64,000 nt of DNA, from contig CBDAOB010000005.1 of the NCBI GenBank assembly GCA_965197905.1, forward strand, positions 1,120,001-1,184,000, in the 5' to 3' direction. Source of the stretch: Candidatus Latescibacterota bacterium (lineage in GTDB: Bacteria > Latescibacterota > UBA2968 > UBA8231). The first letter of the stretch is position 1; each line of letters opens with the position of its first letter. The position numbers and the translations under genes are program-made. This document shows, piece after piece, positions 8,550 to 18,704 of the stretch. The notes below the pieces were generated by a model that worked only from the letters and a program-made list of their open reading frames with translations, ran no database searches and was not told the DNA's origin.

Positions 8550-9908
8550 CTAGCCATGGCGTTCGGCGATTGAGCGGCATATTGACCCAGACCGTATCGT
8601 CGCGTTTCTGAACGATGCCGTCCCATGCCAGGAAGAGCGCCCGCGCGCCCGTTGCCCCGCAGCAGCCGGCGATGAATCGCCGCCCGTGAGTCATGAAATC
8701 GTTCGGCCAGCTCCCCCCGGCGAAACCCCCGATAGCCCGCCCCACTACATCGCGGTAAGTTGCCTGCGACGTCTCGGCCTTTTGGGTCTCGTGCTGGCGC
8801 GCCGGCAGGCTCTGCAATTGACTTTCAACGAGATGGTTCCTGGTAAAACGCTCCACGTCCTCCCAGTATCTGTCGTCGCATGATTCAGCGATCATGTGGG
8901 CGATTTCGATCATGTCGGCGAGACAGCAAGTCTCCGCGTCTATTTCATCGGGGGGCCTGGTTCCCACCCACTCCGGGAACCAACCGAACGAGGAGCCCTG
9001 GAGTCGAGCCCAGTCATACACCTTTCTGCCCAGCTCGACAAGCTGCGGGTTGTCCGTCACCAGGCCGTATCTGAGTATGCCAGCAACGACCCACATCGTG
9101 GCATGGAAGTGACCGATGAACCGACCGTCGTGGCCGAACTCCCTGGTCTGCCCCACGATGTGGTTGATCAATCCTTCGGCCAGGTCCAGTGCGGGCTCGT
9201 AGCCGGACGCCTCGTAATATCTGACCAGCGGCAGGATCATCACGCCGTTGAAGATGTGCTCCTTACCCCGACCGGTGAGCATCGTGAAATCCCAACCATC
9301 AGGTGTTATTCCGTCACAGGGGAAGTAATAGCTCTTTTTGCCCGTTTCCTCGAGCTCGTAGGTATAACTCTTTCCAATGTGGGCAGCCGTTGCGAGGAGG
9401 CCGTCAATTAGTCGTTCCGTCGTCTCCTTCACACGCGGCTCGCGGGTAGACGTGTACCAGGTCACCAATCCATTCAGCAGGTATCCCTGCTCGTGTATAA
9501 CGGCGTGCCGGACCCGACACCAGGGTAGGGAGGCGTGGTAGCGCAGTCCGTCCGCACCGTAGTCCGACAGCAGCATCTCTTTCAGCCCGGCCTCGGCCTC
9601 GATCCCTTGCCTGCTGCCCGTCATTCGGCGCGCCAAAACGATCCCGTCCACCCAGCTGCCAGGCAACTCGCTGGAATCCGGGCGGCAGTGTGAGGCCTCG
9701 GGCGGGTCCGTCTCCAGGTTCACCCGCCAATACGGCAGGTAGCCAAGCTGTGAGTCGGCCATCCCTGTGAGGTAGTTCAAGCTCAGTTCGGCGTGATGGA
9801 CTAGGTCCAGCGTATCTAGCTTGTCCACGGTCAAACCTCCGGCATCACTTGTTGATTTCGATCTCTATGATGGTGCATACAGCGAGTATCGTGGTCGAAG
9901 CTAGGCTC

Positions 9909-11420
9909 TCATGATTCTTCGAATAGCGCCACGATCGCTGGTTTGGTAACCTTGCCCATCGAGTTGCGCGGCAGTTCGCTCAAGGCCTGCAAGATGCTCG
10001 GAACTTTGTACGGGGCAAGTAGCTGCTTGCACCAGGTCCGCAGCGGTTCGAGCTCCAGCTCCTCATTGCCGTGCAGCACCACGGCCGCGGCAACCCGCTG
10101 TCCCCATTCCTCGTCTGCAATGCCCACGACGGCGCATTCCTCGATACTTGAGTGGGTGCGCAGGACCTCCTCGATCTCCAGCGCCGAAACCTTGTATCCA
10201 CCGGTCTTTATTATGTCCACCGATTCGCGGCCGAGGATGCGGTAGATCCTGTCTTCTCGCACCGCTACGTCGCCGGTGCGGAACCACCCCTCCGCGGTAA
10301 ACGCTTCCGCCGTCGCCTCGGGCCGCTGCCAATACTCCGAAAACACCATCGGTCCTCGCACCTGAATCTGACCGGGCGTACCGTCCTCAACGAAGCTGTC
10401 CCGCTCGTCCACCAGCCGCACCTCGATGCCCGGTAGTGGAGTGCCCACGCAGCCGGGTCGGCGTTCGCCCTTCAACGGGTTCGACAGGGCCATGCCGATC
10501 TCGGTCATGCCGTATCGCTCCAGCAAGGTGTGGCCGGATATCCCGCGCCATTTCTCCAGCGTAGCTACGGGCAGTGCCGCCGATCCGGAGATCATGACCC
10601 GGAGTCTCCGGCAACCCTCGGTCATCTCTGTCCGCGTGCTGCCGTCGGCCTCCTCCCATTTCTTGATGAGCCGCGAATAGATGGTGGGAACCGCCATGAA
10701 CAGGGTGGTTCCGTCGGCAACCGCAAGCCTGTCCCATACCTTGTCGGCGTCGAAACGGGGGAGCAACTCGCAGATAGCGCCTGACCACAACGCGCAGCAC
10801 AAGGCGTTGATGATGCCGTGCAGGTGGTGCAGTGGCAGGCAGTGCAACAGATGATCTTCAGGTGTCCAACCCCATGCCTCCACCAGCGAACGTATCTGAG
10901 CTTCGATCATGAGGTGAGTGGAGACGGTGCCTTTAGGTTTGCTGGTGGTCCCACTGGTGTAGATCAACATCGCCCGGCGACTCGCTTCGACCACGGGCAG
11001 CTCAACGGGAGCGCTGGTGGTCAGCTCGCCGGCGAGCGCGAATCGCAGCTTGCGGCGTTCGGCCAGCGGCCGCAGCAACGGTTCGAACTCGGGGTCCGCG
11101 ATCACAATCGACGCCTGAGAGTCATCCAGAACGTATGCGAGTTCGGGCGCCGGATGATCGACGCAGAGTGGTACGGCCATGCCGCCGCCGCGCCATATAC
11201 CCCACTGGGTGTAGACGTGAGCCATGGAAGGGCGCACCAGAAAGGCGACCCTGGCTTCCTCCAGGTCGGGCTTGCCGTCGAGCAGCCGTGATCCGACGCG
11301 CGCCGATAGATCGAGGAGTTGGCTATAGCTGAACTGGCCATCGGCCGCCACTACTGCCGTGCGGTCAGTGAAGCCGCTGGCACGAGATACGATGGGGATG
11401 GTATCGTAAACCTTGGTCAT
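9909..11420 (-). CDS. Acyl-CoA synthetase, malonyl-CoA synthetase (MatB/ACSF3)-like
   Basis: AMP-binding motif IYTSGTTSKPKG, ERYGMTE, WFRTGD, LPRNSMGKV. Confidence 0.85.
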   Translation of the reverse strand: MTKVYDTIPIVSRASGFTDRTAVVAADGQFSYSQLLDLSARVGSRLLDGKPDLEEARVAFLVRPSMAHVYTQWGIWRGGGMAVPLCVDHPAPELAYVLDDSQASIVIADPEFEPLLRPLAERRKLRFALAGELTTSAPVELPVVEASRRAMLIYTSGTTSKPKGTVSTHLMIEAQIRSLVEAWGWTPEDHLLHCLPLHHLHGIINALCCALWSGAICELLPRFDADKVWDRLAVADGTTLFMAVPTIYSRLIKKWEEADGSTRTEMTEGCRRLRVMISGSAALPVATLEKWRGISGHTLLERYGMTEIGMALSNPLKGERRPGCVGTPLPGIEVRLVDERDSFVEDGTPGQIQVRGPMVFSEYWQRPEATAEAFTAEGWFRTGDVAVREDRIYRILGRESVDIIKTGGYKVSALEIEEVLRTHSSIEECAVVGIADEEWGQRVAAAVVLHGNEELELEPLRTWCKQLLAPYKVPSILQALSELPRNSMGKVTKPAIVALFEES

Positions 11421-11548
11421 TACATCCAGCTCTATGTGGAGATCCGAACATCGTTAAATGAGGAAGACCGCTCAAGCCGATCCGGTCATTCGATTCGCCT
11501 ACACTGTTGTTTATATTCGTCGCCCACATCAAACAGAGGAGTTCTGGC

Positions 11549-13144
11549 ATGGCCGGCAGTCGAGAAGAGATTCGAGCACGAGGTAGCTACTTTCCCGGAG
11601 ACTGGGTTCGACCGCGCTACAATCCCAGCGACTGGATACCGCTGGTAGATGCCGTGGAGATATTCACCGGTCACCGCAGCGTCAACCGCCAGGGTCGGTT
11701 CGAGCTTTACGACGCGCCGGTCGGTGTCGTGCTCAGGGTTGAAGAAGCGCGAAAATCGAAACCGATTATTACACCGGAAAAGGAGTGGGAGTTGGGTGGA
11801 TCGATTAACGCGTTCTGCATCTGGGCGGAGGGAGGGCGGCTGAAGATGCTCTACGTGACGGTGACCTCAACCTGTTACGCCGAAAGCGACGACGGGTATC
11901 ACTGGGAGCGACCGAGCTTGAACCGGGTAGAGTGGAAGGGTAGCACCGATAACAACATCACCATGGACACCCCCATCGGGGCCTCCGGTTTCTTCGAGGA
12001 CCCTTCCGCTCCCGCCAGCGAGCGATACAAAGCGATGGGTGGGCACGGCTTCTGGATCGACCTCGATACCGGGGAGGAGGTTCCTGACGATGAAGCGGAC
12101 AAGCTGTGGCGGGCCTGGCAGTACGCGGGACGTAACTACCAGGGGCGCAAGGTGGAGCTGAAAGGACACCTCCATGGTTGGACCTCTGCTGACCGATTGG
12201 AGTGGAAACCGATGCCGGAGCCGCTTGCCCGATATTCGGTAAACGGAGGTATCGCGGCGCGTTACGATGAAGAGACCGGCTCCTATTTTGGCTATATGCA
12301 GCCCCAGGGCGCGGCTCCCACCGAGCTGGTAGGAATCGGCAGCGGCGCCCCCGAGACCGAAGTGGTGCGCCGGGCGGTGGGCATAGCGCGCACGAGCGAC
12401 TTCAGCAACTGGCCGGCTTCCAAACTACTGATACATCCCGACGGACAGGATCCGTTGGACATCTCGTTCTACGGGGCCTGCTATTTCGCGTACCCGGGAC
12501 GCACCGATCTGCACGCGATGATTCTGCCCGTATTCCATCAGACCAACGACAATATGGATATTCAGATCGTCTTCAGCCGCGACGGACTGATCTGGAGTCG
12601 TCCCGATCGCCGGCCAGTTCTCAGCAACGGCAAACGGGGGGATGGTGACGAATGCTCGATCCACCCCTGGCGCAATGGCATGGTTGAGCTGCCGGATGGA
12701 AACTGGGCGGTTTCCTTACAGGCCGGCTCCGTCCTTCACAACGTCGAAGAGGAATACCAGCGCGAGATCTTCCCCGAGATGCAGGAGCCGCGGCTGTGCT
12801 GGGCGTTGTGGCGGCCGCACCGGCTTTGCGGCGTAGAAGCGGAGAGCGAGGGACGTTTTACGATCCCGACCATTTTTCGCCAAGGCGATGAGCTGAGATT
12901 GAATTACCGCTGCGCGCCGGGAGGGTGGATCAGCGTGGAGCTGGTCGAGTTCCTGCCGACGATGTTTTGTGTCGATGTGGATCAGATACCGGGGTTCAGC
13001 TTCGCGGAATGCGATCGGCTTCAAGGGGATGAAGAGGACCAGGTCGTTTCGTGGAACGGCAAGAGTGACATCTCCGGAGTCGGGGAGACCGTCGGTATCC
13101 GGATTCGCATGTTCCAGGCCAAGCTCTTCGCCTATCGCGTCTAG
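11549..13144 (+). CDS. Hypothetical beta-propeller glycoside-hydrolase-like protein (Asp-box repeats)
   Basis: Repeated S-x-D-G-x-x-W-like motifs (AESDDGYHW, TSADRLEW, TSDFSNW, FSRDGLIW); ATG 11549 follows AGAGGA RBS. Confidence 0.6.
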   Translation: MAGSREEIRARGSYFPGDWVRPRYNPSDWIPLVDAVEIFTGHRSVNRQGRFELYDAPVGVVLRVEEARKSKPIITPEKEWELGGSINAFCIWAEGGRLKMLYVTVTSTCYAESDDGYHWERPSLNRVEWKGSTDNNITMDTPIGASGFFEDPSAPASERYKAMGGHGFWIDLDTGEEVPDDEADKLWRAWQYAGRNYQGRKVELKGHLHGWTSADRLEWKPMPEPLARYSVNGGIAARYDEETGSYFGYMQPQGAAPTELVGIGSGAPETEVVRRAVGIARTSDFSNWPASKLLIHPDGQDPLDISFYGACYFAYPGRTDLHAMILPVFHQTNDNMDIQIVFSRDGLIWSRPDRRPVLSNGKRGDGDECSIHPWRNGMVELPDGNWAVSLQAGSVLHNVEEEYQREIFPEMQEPRLCWALWRPHRLCGVEAESEGRFTIPTIFRQGDELRLNYRCAPGGWISVELVEFLPTMFCVDVDQIPGFSFAECDRLQGDEEDQVVSWNGKSDISGVGETVGIRIRMFQAKLFAYRV

Positions 13145-13203
13145 CAGCCAGTGGCGAAAAGCCATTCGGCCTCGCCGTTCAAAGGGCCTCTCACCACGGG
13201 CCG

Positions 13204-15372
13204 CTAGTCCAGCTCCACCAGGACAACCTCGTGCATCTCCACCTTGGGCACGACGACGCCGGCCGGACTGCCGACCAGATCCAGGATCTGGTCCTGCAGC
13301 GGCAACCGGGCAGACTTGGGGTCGAATCCGTGGAACGAGATCTCGATATTGTGGATCGGGTTGAGCTCTCGGAGGTAGAAGTGGCTGGTGATCTCCTGCT
13401 CGCCCGCCGCCATAGGCAGCATTGGCGTCGGGTTGTTGAGCAGGTGAATGACCAACTCCTTCTCTGACCGTTTACAAGCGGTGATCTCGATCGCCTCAGG
13501 CGCCTTGACAGACAGAGGTGCGGGGGTCCGCCTTACCAGATTGGCGACGAATCGCTGCGCTCCAGGATACGGATTGCTGATAAAACCCTCGCCCACATCA
13601 CAGCCGATGTAGATCGCGTTTCCCTTGCCAAACCGGTTCAGGGTCACTGCAGGTTCGCCCGAGTCGTACGGCTTCGACGGATGGAAGTTCTGCAGCGGTG
13701 GTTTCCCCTGGAGGCTGCTGCGGGTGCAGAGCGTCTTCACGTTGGCGGCTGATCGCAACGACACCTGGGTCTGATGCCCAGCGCAGCAGATGACGCGGCC
13801 GACTTCAGCCTCCAAGCTTTCGTCGTGCGGAACGTACACCACGCCGCCCAGATCGCCCTCGCAAACTCCGCTTTCGTAGTCGACAGCCAACACGTCAGCC
13901 AGAGCGAAGTTGGTGCGCCGCTGTCCGAATTCGTCGAGGAGCGAGGTTTCCTGGGTGGCGACCAGGGTTCCGCCGGCTGCTACAAAACCGCGGATGCTCT
14001 CGCATTGCTCCTCGGAGAGACAGCTGTTGGCGAGGTAGAGCACCGAATAGGCCGACAAGTGCTCCTCCTGCAGCTGGTCGTCCAGGATCATGTCGAACAG
14101 CAGGTGCGATCGATTGAGCATCTCGTAGGTGCCGTGAACGTTCCGCTGAGCAATCGAGGAATAATCCAGCTGCCACAGATTCTTCGGCATCTCCGACGGA
14201 CGAAAATCACGGCATTGCTGAGAGTAGTGCAGAGCGAGGTACTTGACCGACTCGCCGGCCATGTAATCGACCCTCTGCTTGAGAATGGAGAACACGGTCT
14301 TGCACGTTGCTCGGTGAAGATCGATAGGACCGCCGAAAGAACCGAAGATTGTGCTGCCCCCGTTAATGATCGCCTCGAGCCCATGAAGAGCGGGCGAGTA
14401 CGGTTCCTGGTACGGGGCGTACGCCGAAGTGCATTGAGGCAGGGATTGAATCGGGTTGCGCCAGACGCAGAAGGGCGTGCCCAGCGCCCGCGCCGCTTTG
14501 GCGATAAACCCGGTCTCGCGCACGGTCCGGTGTGCTTCGATGAAATAGTGATCGCCGATCTCCCCAATGGGCAACGGATTCAACTGATGCCCATCGACCC
14601 ACTCTGTCGTAGGACGGGCATAATAGTGGTGGTCGAGGATGATGTCCGGGTACTTCTCGCGCATGCGGGCGCTGAGATGCACGACGAAATCCAGAAATTT
14701 CTGGTAGCGCCAATTGAGAAACTGGCGAAAATCCGGGTTCGCGAAGTCGACCTTGCGTGGCAGCCGCAGCCCGGTGTCGGTTTTGAACAGCTCCTGGCAG
14801 TAGATGCAGCAGCAGCTGGGATGGAACGGTCTGCCCGCGTGAGAACCCCAGTTTGTGTCGTCGAAGTAGAACCCGTCCAGGTCGAGGTTATCCATCCATT
14901 CGGTGAGGTATTCGGGCAGCCAGTCGCGGTGGGGTGAGTTGAAACAAAACCAACCTTCGTTCTTGGGTTGGGGGCGATTGAAGTCGAGAAACTCCATGAG
15001 CCACTCAGGATGCTCGTTTTTGAGCGGCTTGTTAAACATCATGGCGTAGTAGAGGAGCACGACGATCCCCTTTTCATGGGCGAGCTCCAGAAACTGAGGT
15101 AGGCGCTCCTGGTCTACGTGCTCGTGAGCCGGCAGCATCGTCGATCGGAATCGAGCATACCCTCGCTCCACTTCGCCCACGATCTGCACGTCGATCCCGA
15201 CGTCCACCAGGAAATCGACATATTCCTCCACCGAGGGACCGGTGTAGGTCGGCTCATGCGACAGACAGCTTGGGTACTGCTCAACCCGGCCGACCCTCTT
15301 CTCGTACGGCAGTTCGCGCAGTCGCTGGACGATTGTTCCGACACGGCGGACGCCACTAGATTTCTCGTTCAC
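13204..15372 (-). CDS. Putative glycoside hydrolase, paralog of 1531-3708
   Basis: Shares PYEKRV, GWFCFNSPHRDWL, DGFYFDDTNWG, CxCxYC, YExLNRSH, YDSGEP, MHEVVLVE with the first copy. Confidence 0.75.
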   Translation of the reverse strand: MNEKSSGVRRVGTIVQRLRELPYEKRVGRVEQYPSCLSHEPTYTGPSVEEYVDFLVDVGIDVQIVGEVERGYARFRSTMLPAHEHVDQERLPQFLELAHEKGIVVLLYYAMMFNKPLKNEHPEWLMEFLDFNRPQPKNEGWFCFNSPHRDWLPEYLTEWMDNLDLDGFYFDDTNWGSHAGRPFHPSCCCIYCQELFKTDTGLRLPRKVDFANPDFRQFLNWRYQKFLDFVVHLSARMREKYPDIILDHHYYARPTTEWVDGHQLNPLPIGEIGDHYFIEAHRTVRETGFIAKAARALGTPFCVWRNPIQSLPQCTSAYAPYQEPYSPALHGLEAIINGGSTIFGSFGGPIDLHRATCKTVFSILKQRVDYMAGESVKYLALHYSQQCRDFRPSEMPKNLWQLDYSSIAQRNVHGTYEMLNRSHLLFDMILDDQLQEEHLSAYSVLYLANSCLSEEQCESIRGFVAAGGTLVATQETSLLDEFGQRRTNFALADVLAVDYESGVCEGDLGGVVYVPHDESLEAEVGRVICCAGHQTQVSLRSAANVKTLCTRSSLQGKPPLQNFHPSKPYDSGEPAVTLNRFGKGNAIYIGCDVGEGFISNPYPGAQRFVANLVRRTPAPLSVKAPEAIEITACKRSEKELVIHLLNNPTPMLPMAAGEQEITSHFYLRELNPIHNIEISFHGFDPKSARLPLQDQILDLVGSPAGVVVPKVEMHEVVLVELD

Positions 15373-15531
15373 GGTCCAACTCCTTGGTTCCGGGTCATCT
15401 GGCCGGCTTCGACAGCATCATGGTAGATCTTCCTCAAGGCGGATACAAGCTGACCGAATTTGAAGGGGGTCCGATCTATGTCTTTATTTTCACCGGTCCG
15501 CAGATAACGACAGAGAGGATTTTCGTCTCGG

Positions 15532-16383
15532 GTGTCAACGAACGCGGAAAGCTATTCCGCCTTTGCTCCAGGGTGTGTATCGTGCCTTTTCAAGGTTATC
15601 CCTCATGTGGATCCACGGCATATGCATTCGTTGGGCATGAGCTTCACGGTGCGCGACGGTGTCAGCGCCCGCGTTGCGCCATCGTCTAGTTGTGAGGTAC
15701 GGTTCAACGGTCAGCAAATCGAATTTCCCACTGTCCGTTCCGCGTTAGAGCGATTGACCGACGAGCCGGTCAAGGTGGAGCTGGAATCGTCCCTGTCTCT
15801 GGCCAGCGGTTTCGGGCTCAGCGGCGCCTCGACCCTGGCAACGCTCTTCGCCATTAACCGCAGGTTCGGTCTGGAGATTGCCGATCGCGACCTGGCCATG
15901 GCTGCACACGTGGCAGAGGTAGAGAATCTTACGGGACTGGGAGACGTTTGCGGCCAGTTCCATGGAGGGTGCCTGGCGAAACTGCAGGAGGGCGATCCAC
16001 TCAAAGCGTCGGTTCTGCCCGTGGCGGAGCAACCGATTTACTTTCGTTACTACGGTCCCATTCAGACCAGCGAAGTGATCGGCGATCCGCAGCGCCGAGT
16101 GCGGATCAACCTTGCGGCCGATTCGGCGCTCGGCAAACTTTCCGACTTGCAGGAGCGTAAAGAAGAAGATCTCGATTCCTACATCGAGATCGCCAGGGAG
16201 TTCGCAGAAAAGAGTGGATTGCTCACCGACGAGCGGGTGCGGGGAGCTATCGAAATGATCGAAAACGCCGGCGGAAGGGCATCAATGATCATGTTGGGCA
16301 ATGCCGTTTTCAGTACGCAACCTTTCGAAGGCTCGCGCGAAACCTCGCTGAGCGTGCGAAGAGCTGGGGCTATCGATGACTGA
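15532..16383 (+). CDS. Pantoate kinase (archaeal-type PoK, GHMP kinase family)
   Basis: GHMP loop SGFGLSGA; AHVAEVENLTGLGDVCGQFHGG and SMIMLGNAVF motifs typical of archaeal PoK; overlaps the PPS gene. Confidence 0.85.
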   Translation: MSTNAESYSAFAPGCVSCLFKVIPHVDPRHMHSLGMSFTVRDGVSARVAPSSSCEVRFNGQQIEFPTVRSALERLTDEPVKVELESSLSLASGFGLSGASTLATLFAINRRFGLEIADRDLAMAAHVAEVENLTGLGDVCGQFHGGCLAKLQEGDPLKASVLPVAEQPIYFRYYGPIQTSEVIGDPQRRVRINLAADSALGKLSDLQERKEEDLDSYIEIAREFAEKSGLLTDERVRGAIEMIENAGGRASMIMLGNAVFSTQPFEGSRETSLSVRRAGAIDD

Positions 16384-17110
16384 GGTTCCGAAAAGTCACC
16401 CGCGCTACCAATCCCTGCGTTTGCGGGAGGTTATCGTCGCCGGGGTGGAAGAAGGGGTAACCTCTGTTCACGGGCTGCTAGCCCACGGTCGTGGTGAGGC
16501 GTTCGACTATTTGTTGGGGGAACGCACGCGGCGTTTCGCCAAGAAGGCAACGCGAGCCGCGGCGGCCATGCTACTTGCGGCAGATCATCCGGTCGTATCG
16601 GTAAACGGCAACGCCGCGGCGTTGGTGGCTGGCGAGTTGGTATTTCTGGCCGAGCTCATCGGGGCACCGCTGGAGGTCAATATCTTTCATTCATCGAAGA
16701 ATCGGGAACGCGCCATCCGCAATCGCCTCACCTCGTTCGGAGCCAAGCAGGTCTTGATGCCGGACAATATGACGACCATCCCCGGGATCGACTCTAATCG
16801 ACGTCATGCGAACCCCAAAGGAATCCTGCGCGCGGATGTGGTTTTCGTGCCCCTGGAGGACGGGGACCGCTGCGAGGCATTGGTGAAGGCGGGAAAGAAG
16901 GTGATCGCGGTCGACCTGAACCCGCTGTCCCGAACCGCGCGGAAAGCGCACATCACCATTGTCGACAACGTGATCCGAGCCCTGCCGAATCTCTTGCAAC
17001 AGGTAGACCAACTCAAGAAAAAACCGGAATCACAGCTGCTCACCGTGGTGAAGGAGTATCGCCAGCGAGACGAGCTGAAGGAAGCAGTCCAAACTGTCCG
17101 GGGGAAATGA
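16376..17110 (+). CDS. 4-phosphopantoate--beta-alanine ligase (archaeal-type phosphopantothenate synthetase, PPS)
   Basis: VPKSHPRYQSL, AHGRGEAFDYLLGERT, PVVSVNGN, ADVVFVPLEDGDRCEAL, VDLNPLSRTA, TIVDNVIRA. Confidence 0.93.
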   Translation: MTEVPKSHPRYQSLRLREVIVAGVEEGVTSVHGLLAHGRGEAFDYLLGERTRRFAKKATRAAAAMLLAADHPVVSVNGNAAALVAGELVFLAELIGAPLEVNIFHSSKNRERAIRNRLTSFGAKQVLMPDNMTTIPGIDSNRRHANPKGILRADVVFVPLEDGDRCEALVKAGKKVIAVDLNPLSRTARKAHITIVDNVIRALPNLLQQVDQLKKKPESQLLTVVKEYRQRDELKEAVQTVRGK

Positions 17111-17121
17111 GCAGCATGCTT

Positions 17122-18463
17122 CTAATGGGGGTGGGTGCAGTGGTCGACCACTTCTGCGATTTCAGCCGCCATCTCGTTGCCTAGGTGTTCTTTGAGCTCG
17201 CCGGCACGCCTTTCGTCGAGGCCAAGTGCCGTCAGCACCTCGGGGTTGTAGTTGGGCTCTTCTTCGGACATATAACCCAGGTCCAGCTCCTTGCTGAGGT
17301 TGTTGGCCACGTGGATCAGGCAAACTAGATCTCCAGGCGCTTTGCCCACTGAATCGTGAGAGCCCACGGCGTCGGCCAGCTCCTTGCCGACATTCGATTT
17401 CAGCAACAGCAACTTTCCCAAGTATTCGTGATTGGCCGCGTCACCAAGCTCCTTTTCGGCCTGCCGGAAGGAAGATTGGTGTTCGGACATCTGGCGCAGA
17501 ATCTCCTCATAATGATCCCAGAAGAAAAACCAGCACGATCTTGCCGATATCGTGTAGCAGCGCGCCGATCCAGTAGTCGTTGAACTGCAGCGATTTCTTC
17601 GTCTTTACGATACCCTTGGAATAGAGCCGGTCGGCGATCATGGTACATCCGACGGAGTGTTCCCAAAAACGCCTCAAGTCGAACATGCTTTCTTCCGGTC
17701 GCACCAGACCGTTCATCATTTTGATCTGCTGCGCGATGGAGCCCACCTTCTTTCTCCCAAGTCGCACGATAGCCTCCTTGAGACTCCAACCTCCCTGGTG
17801 GCCGCTGCCGGCAAAGACCGGTGAATTCACCAGCTGCAACATTTTGTGTACGATGGCGGGATCGTTTACCACGAGTTCTTCAAGGTCTTCGGCTGTCGAA
17901 CTTGGCTCCTCCACCATTCCCATGATACGCATGGCGATTTCGGGCAAAGTCGGAAGGGTGTTGAGGTTCTTCAGACGCCGGACGATGCGTTCGCGGGCAT
18001 CCTCGTCGGACGCCCCCTCCAGTTCCTTGAAGAGATCGCCTATGCCCCGGGCATCAAACGCCGACTTGATCAAGCTCTGGAGCGACGTCTCCTCCTCGCC
18101 AAACGCTTTTTCCCAGGCGCCGAAATAGACATTCTTCATACGGTGGCATAGGGTTTTGTGCTCCTCCATAAATGTCGCGGGCAGCACCAGGAAAAGGGGG
18201 ACTGTGTCCTCTGCGTTGAGCGCCGCGAGTGAGGTGGAGCTGTCTATCTTCTTGCGCTGAATAACGAAGGTGGCGCAGATTTCGTTCTTCTGTCTCTGAA
18301 TGGTTGAGAAAGCCTCGACGAAGTTGCTCGCGACGATAAGGTCTAGGCCGTAGCGATAATTCAGGATCATCATCAGAAACTTGGCGATTACCTGGTGGGG
18401 TTTGCCAGGTTCCTGGATAATCAACGCCAGCTGCTGAGGGCTGGCTGCTTCCGCTGAAGACAT
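17122..18463 (-). pseudogene. HDOD-domain signalling protein with one frameshift near 17525 (probably a sequencing error)
   Basis: LPTLPEI, DPAIVHKMLQLVNS, AIVRLG, FWEHSV, ALLHDIGK; the C-terminal part FWDHYEEI...EKELG...HEYLGKLL continues in another frame after a T5 run. Confidence 0.75.
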
Positions 18464-18704
18464 CTTCCCTTGTGGTTTGGAGGAAGGTAATGCCGGGGAT
18501 CAAGGTCGTCGGCATATATCACGTCGATCATAAGAATATAACGACTGCGAATTCAATAGGTAAGGTAGTAGAGTTGGCGCTGGCAGCCCCTGCCGTAGAC
18601 GGATGGAGCTCACCTTGATTCGCGTTTTCCAGCCCGATATATTCGACCTGCCAACGCACACTAGCAAATACCAGACAGGTACCCATCCGACAGGCGGTGC
18701 AGTG

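Larger units (their letters stand above)
6676..9834 (-). pseudogene. GH127-like (beta-L-arabinofuranosidase-type) gene interrupted by an IS; fragments 8550-9834 and 6676-7047
   Basis: N-part has ETCC and GCCG motifs; removing the IS and one CTAG copy gives in-frame ...RRTPWL-DVVSHHPQEGKLRLLIHDAPKLRVRLPNW..., 550 aa in total. Confidence 0.85.

Noticed and set aside
13774..14937. Long antisense ORFs (also 19338-20768, 23524-24465, 53351-54325, 55242-56225, 63070-63951)
   Set aside because: They mirror well-supported genes on the other strand, as expected from GC-rich codon bias
15434..15460. TCAAG-N14-ACCGAA motif upstream of the pantoate kinase, similar to the one at 50432-50456
   Set aside because: Too degenerate to call an alternative-sigma promoter without more examples
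18575..18596. TGGCAGCCCCTGC as a sigma54 promoter
   Set aside because: GG to GC spacing is 8, not the required 10
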